64,000 nucleotides of DNA. Source: Syntrophorhabdaceae bacterium (GTDB taxonomy: Bacteria > Desulfobacterota > Syntrophorhabdia > Syntrophorhabdales > Syntrophorhabdaceae). Shown piece by piece: positions 59,606 through 64,000 of the stretch (position 1 is the first letter of the stretch; the number at the start of each line of letters is the position of its first letter). A program made the translations under genes and the position numbers. The stretch covers positions 96,001 to 160,000 of the forward strand of contig OY762209.1 in the NCBI GenBank assembly GCA_963665295.1, given 5' to 3'. The notes under the pieces are model-generated. The model made no database searches, had not been told where the DNA came from, and saw nothing but the letters and a program-made list of their open reading frames with translations.

Positions 59606-61603
59606 TTACCGAACAGGCAACCGAATCCTGTCACCCAGGAAGACCTTGCTCTTTATCCCCAGATGACTGCTGTTCATGTAAAGGATGTCTTTCTCGTGCA
59701 TGGCGGAACAGGCCTTGTCATCACAGAAATATGGAACCAGATCGACCGTCTTTACGTTCGGGTACTGCTTGATGGACTCAGCAACAATTCTTCTATATAC
59801 TTCCTGGCGAGCATCAACGGTCTTCCTGTCGATAACGCATGATTCTGCGGCCCTATCCCGGACGCACCTCCTTGGACTAAAATCAAGCTCGGGATAATCG
59901 AGCAAGATGATTACCTCTTTTCCCGCATCCCTTAATTGTCGGAGGGTATTCTTTAAACCAATCTCAAACATCCTGTCCCGATCTTTCACCTCCGGGTTAT
60001 CGATTAACCTGATTCGATAGTAATCACTGTCCATCTTTGCTCCAAAATCGACCCCGCTTTGCGTCGCGGCAAAACGTCCCGCAAGTATTACATAACGAAT
60101 GTCCGGGTTGTGCGTAATGTACTCCATGATCCGGCGCGTGCTTTCAGGGCAGACCGGGGAATTATCCCTCTCGATGCCCAGGAACGGGACACAACCATTC
60201 CTTCCGAAGAGAACTACGTCAATATTGCGTTTATTTAAACTGTGCCGGATTGCCCAGAATACCACCTTTGCGTGCGAATCGCCGACAAGGGCGACCGAAG
60301 GCGTGCCCGAAACATTGGACATCTGGCAAAAACTGTCCTGAGCGAAGGGGTATATCGACCTGCACTCGGCGCGATTCTCCTCCTGTCCGGGCTCGTCTAT
60401 GGTGAACGCGGCTTCGTCGAAGCGCATATGCGTGACGGGATTGATGTATCCCTTCAGGCCGAGGCATGCCGTTGCAACCATGAGGGCACAAAGAAAAACT
60501 GTCTTGACGGGGCGGACCCGGCCGAACCTGAGAGGCCGTTCGATCAGCACATATGTTATGCACGCCAATAAGAAGCCCGCCGATATAAGGGCAATACGCA
60601 TCCCCTTTGGCGGCGTTCCTGCATAGCAGATGTGGGCAAACGACAACAGAGACCAGTGCCATAAGTAGAATGGGTAGCTGACCAAACCGATCCCAACCAG
60701 AACATTTCGTGACAGTATGCGGCGGTTTATCCAGGCCCCGGATCCGGCAGCTATGACCAGGCAAGTACCCAGAGTCGGGAGCAAGGCCCACCAACCGGGA
60801 TAATTCTTCTGCTCCCCGATCATGAAGAAGGAGGCCATAATCAGTAGCAGTCCCAACCAACTCGCCGCGTCCGGTGCAATCCTGTAAAGGTTCACGGTCG
60901 CGCCCTTGCCCCCGGAGGACAAAGGAATGACGGATCGAATCCCCTTGCCTTGAAACGCCGGACAGGCGAGAAGGGCGCCGAGAGAGAGCTCCCATAAACG
61001 GGTTGGAAGCAAATAGAACGTGGCCGCGGGATTGACCTTTATGAGCACAACGTTGAACAGGAAAGACAGCGACACCGTGGCCAGCAAACCCCATGGCATG
61101 AGTTGTTTGTGCTTGCGCGTAAGAAGAAAAACGATAAATGCCGGCCATATTATGTAGAATTGTTCCTCAACACCGAGAGACCAGAGGTGCATGAGGGGCT
61201 TCTCTGCCACTGCTCTGTCGAAATACCCGGTTTCACGCCACAAAACCATGTTCGTTATGAAACCGGCTCCGGCAACGACATGCTTTGCCAGTATTTTGTA
61301 TTCATGCCACAGCAGCATGAACCACCCTGCTGCAAGGCAAGCCAATAATATCGTAATCAAGGCCGGAAAAATGCGCCGGATTCTCCGTCCATAAAAATCG
61401 GTATAACGAAAGCGATTGTTCCCTGTCTCTCTCACAATCAGAGAAGAGATCAGGTAGCCGGAAATAACGAAGAAGACGTCAACTCCGGCATACCCTCCTT
61501 GCGCAAGGGCGGGAAAAGCGTGAAAACAGACTACGGCCAGAACTGCTATCGCACGAATGCCATCGATATCAGGACGATAATCAAAAGGGGTGTTTGAATT
61601 CAC
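59606..61603 (-). CDS. acyltransferase-3 + SGNH O-acyltransferase (OafA/OatA-like)
   Basis: YRPDIDGIRAIAV, GVDVFFVISG, HLWSLGVEEQFY, SYPFYLWHW, VGDSHA. Confidence 0.92.
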   Translation of the reverse strand: MNSNTPFDYRPDIDGIRAIAVLAVVCFHAFPALAQGGYAGVDVFFVISGYLISSLIVRETGNNRFRYTDFYGRRIRRIFPALITILLACLAAGWFMLLWHEYKILAKHVVAGAGFITNMVLWRETGYFDRAVAEKPLMHLWSLGVEEQFYIIWPAFIVFLLTRKHKQLMPWGLLATVSLSFLFNVVLIKVNPAATFYLLPTRLWELSLGALLACPAFQGKGIRSVIPLSSGGKGATVNLYRIAPDAASWLGLLLIMASFFMIGEQKNYPGWWALLPTLGTCLVIAAGSGAWINRRILSRNVLVGIGLVSYPFYLWHWSLLSFAHICYAGTPPKGMRIALISAGFLLACITYVLIERPLRFGRVRPVKTVFLCALMVATACLGLKGYINPVTHMRFDEAAFTIDEPGQEENRAECRSIYPFAQDSFCQMSNVSGTPSVALVGDSHAKVVFWAIRHSLNKRNIDVVLFGRNGCVPFLGIERDNSPVCPESTRRIMEYITHNPDIRYVILAGRFAATQSGVDFGAKMDSDYYRIRLIDNPEVKDRDRMFEIGLKNTLRQLRDAGKEVIILLDYPELDFSPRRCVRDRAAESCVIDRKTVDARQEVYRRIVAESIKQYPNVKTVDLVPYFCDDKACSAMHEKDILYMNSSHLGIKSKVFLGDRIRLPVR

Positions 61604-62401
61604 GGTTAGATAGTCAATACCTGGTCTCTCCTCAATTCTTTACGGAGAAGAAGTCAGCCTAGTGTACTCCGTTTTCCTCCGTGATTCCACCAATTCCATT
61701 CTCTTTGACGCGCAATGAGAGAATGCCTTTCATGGTACGGGGTTCAGCAGGGGCGCAGCTTTCCGTTATCAAGAGCGTCTCCATGGGGAATTCCGAATGA
61801 CGATAGAATCGGGGGAAGCTCTTGCCTACCAAGGATTCAAGAAACCATGAAGTGTTTCTTCCCGGGCGCAGGTGATTGCCCGGCCTGATAGCTCCCGGCG
61901 TTGAACACAGGGTTTCGAGGCGAGCATGATTGATGGTCCCATCCTCCGGGCCTGTCATCGGCCTTGTCTTATTCCTTTCACCTCAATATTATATGCAGTT
62001 TCTCTTTCGATTCAATGCTTTTTTGCGCCCTTCTCGGCGGAAAGAAAAGAATGGTAAGGCAGACTGTTGGTCCCGCAATTTCGTAGTGGAGAAACTCGGT
62101 CAGTACAGGCATGTCCTCTGTCACCGCGTACTCCATAGTGCCTGAGTTGCTGCACCCTCCGGAAGATGCCCCACCCTTCCCTCATTCATCAGGAAAGACG
62201 GGGTTTATATGACACGCTTGGAATCAGGAAAAGGAGACGTCCCCGAAAATCCCTGGAAGGAAACATAGGGGGCCATCCGGCTATGCCGTGGGGAAGAAGC
62301 GATATATTTGCTGACGCGAGGGGCGCGAGCAGCGTATAATTCACCCATGCCGTCGGTATATTGCCGACCTGTTAAAGGATCGGCGGATTTGGAGGTCTTT
62401 C

Positions 62402-63433
62402 GTGAAAAAGAATAATCCCGTAAAAAAAGCCCCCGGAAATGAACTAGAGGCCCTTATCAGGGAAGTGGCGGCCCGGTCCGAAACCCCCTTGAACAACCTG
62501 CTCTTCGAACCGCCCTGCGTGGGAATCGCCACGTTCTTCCGCCTGCCCTGCACGGACGATCCGAAAGGGTTGGACATAGCCCTTGTGGGCGTCCCCTACG
62601 ACGGGGGATTGACCGGCCGCACCGGGACAAGGGAAGGGCCCCGTGCCGTCCGCGACGCCTCCTGCCTGGTGGGCGGCTACGACCACCAGTTGAAGTTGAT
62701 ACCCCAGGTAATCTGCAAATGCGCCGACGTGGGGGACGTGCTTTTCCGCAACCGCTACCACCATGAGAAGGCGATCAAGGAACTGGAATCATATTACCGC
62801 CGCCTCGTCGGCACAGGCGCGGTGCCTCTCACCTGCGGCGGGGATCATTCCATAACCTATCCTATTCTGAAAGCGGTGGGTGCGGCGGGCCCGGTGGGGC
62901 TTATCCATTTCGACTCCCACTGTGACACCGGGGGCTCCTCCCATGGAAGCAAGTTCCACCATGGGGCCCCTTTCCGGCAAGCCGTGGAGGCCGGTGTTCT
63001 CGATCCCCGGCGCACGGTACAGATAGGGATACGGGGAAGATCGGAACTGCTCTGGTCCTTCTCCTATGAGAGCGGTATGCGGGTGATCCACGTGGAGGAT
63101 TTCTACGAAATGGGGTGGAGGAAGGTTGTCGAGGAAACCCGGCAGATCGTAGGCACGGGGCCGGTATACTTGAGCTTCGACATCGATTGCCTTGATCCCG
63201 CCTATGCGCCCGGTACCGGCACACCCGAGGTGGGCGGGATAACCAGCTTCGAGGCGCAGCAGATGATCCGGGGTCTCAGGGGATTGAATTTCGTCGGCGC
63301 GGACCTGATGGAGGTCTCGCCTCCTTTTGACAGCGGGGATATCACGTCCCTTGCGGGGGCGGATCTTCTGTTTCGCATATTCTGTGTGGTCGCCGATGCC
63401 GTGGCCGCGCGGAAAGGGACAGATTCAATGTGA
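62402..63433 (+). CDS. agmatinase/ureohydrolase family enzyme
   Basis: GGDHS, HFDSHCD, SFDIDCLDP, APGTGTPE. Confidence 0.9.
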   Translation: MKKNNPVKKAPGNELEALIREVAARSETPLNNLLFEPPCVGIATFFRLPCTDDPKGLDIALVGVPYDGGLTGRTGTREGPRAVRDASCLVGGYDHQLKLIPQVICKCADVGDVLFRNRYHHEKAIKELESYYRRLVGTGAVPLTCGGDHSITYPILKAVGAAGPVGLIHFDSHCDTGGSSHGSKFHHGAPFRQAVEAGVLDPRRTVQIGIRGRSELLWSFSYESGMRVIHVEDFYEMGWRKVVEETRQIVGTGPVYLSFDIDCLDPAYAPGTGTPEVGGITSFEAQQMIRGLRGLNFVGADLMEVSPPFDSGDITSLAGADLLFRIFCVVADAVAARKGTDSM

Positions 63434-63454
63434 CGTGAAAGCGAGGGCGAGCCT

Positions 63455-64000
63455 CTATTCCGGCGACGGTTCGAGTCCGAGGTCCCGGATCATTTCTATG
63501 TCGAGGGCCGGGTCCCTTCCGGGAGTGGTGAGGTAGTCGCCTGTCATGAGGGAGTTGCAGCCCGCCACGATGCCGAGAGGCAATAGCTGTCGGAGGTTAT
63601 ATTCTTTTCCCCCGCAAAGTTTGATGTCTTTGTCGGGCAGGATGAACCTGTAGACGGCGATGGTGGTGAGAAGTTCCATGGGACTTACCCGGGGCACGTA
63701 TGCGAGGGGCGTGCCGGGTCTCGGGTTAAGGATATTGAAAGGCACGGAATCGACATCCAATTCCTTCAGGGTCAGGGCGAACTCTATCCTCTGCTCCATG
63801 GTCTCGCCCATGCCGATAATACCCCCGGAGCAGGTGGAGAGGCCCGCCGCTTTCGCGGTCAGGACTGTGTCTATATCCTCCTGGTATCCGTGGGATGAGC
63901 AGATGTTGTCGAAGAAACTCCGGGCGGTCTCAAGGTTATGGTGGTACCGGTAAAGGCCGGCGCTTTTGAGGGCCGAGGCCCTTTCCGTGTCGAGCATACC
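63455..64000 (-). CDS. bioB: biotin synthase, C-terminal part (5' end outside the window)
   Basis: YHHNLET, TCSGGIIGMGE, SVPFNIL.P.PGTP, GDYLTT. Confidence 0.92.
   Translation of the reverse strand, partial: GMLDTERASALKSAGLYRYHHNLETARSFFDNICSSHGYQEDIDTVLTAKAAGLSTCSGGIIGMGETMEQRIEFALTLKELDVDSVPFNILNPRPGTPLAYVPRVSPMELLTTIAVYRFILPDKDIKLCGGKEYNLRQLLPLGIVAGCNSLMTGDYLTTPGRDPALDIEMIRDLGLEPSPE

Noticed and set aside
61659..61958. 99-aa minus-strand ORF
   Set aside because: No motif or convincing RBS; coding status unsupported
51760..62400. Direct repeat of the tRNA-Val 3' end (attR) or an integrase bounding the island
   Set aside because: Neither was found in the window, so no mobile element is called
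62280..62401. Guanidine riboswitch upstream of the ureohydrolase
   Set aside because: No ykkC or paired ACGR-loop motifs seen, so no support for a guanidinase call

Overview
A 64-kb window from a GC-rich anaerobic bacterium. Gene content (several sigma54 activators, a xanthine-oxidase-family molybdoenzyme, acyl-CoA metabolism, MEP pathway) suggests a Desulfobacterota/Syntrophorhabdus-like syntroph, but this is inference. Left half: a sigma54-driven three-subunit molybdoenzyme resembling 4-hydroxybenzoyl-CoA reductase, a three-gene phosphorelay, a hotdog-TerC-hotdog cluster, a TetR-controlled beta-oxidation operon, a secreted SBBP-repeat protein, and a self-contained sigma54 module (CoA ligase, acyl-CoA dehydrogenase with an unusual winged-helix-like C-terminal domain, activator, aromatic-acid MFS) whose promoters and candidate enhancer boxes are readable in the DNA. 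Middle: ispG, several enzymes, an RND efflux operon extended by a channel gene and two envelope proteins, two Hsp20 genes, clpB and tRNA-Val(GAC). Right: a degenerate tRNA-Arg 3' half, then a high-GC glycan island (Stealth phosphotransferase, ABC exporter, GT4, GT32, GT2-GT4) and an AT-richer O-acyltransferase, followed by an agmatinase-family gene and partial bioB. No CRISPR array, rRNA, transposase or integrase was seen. The best novelty candidates are the acyl-CoA dehydrogenase-wHTH sigma54 module, the Stealth/ABC/GT island, and twin C-rich RNA-like elements at 13.2-13.5 kb. All calls are by eye, without database searches.
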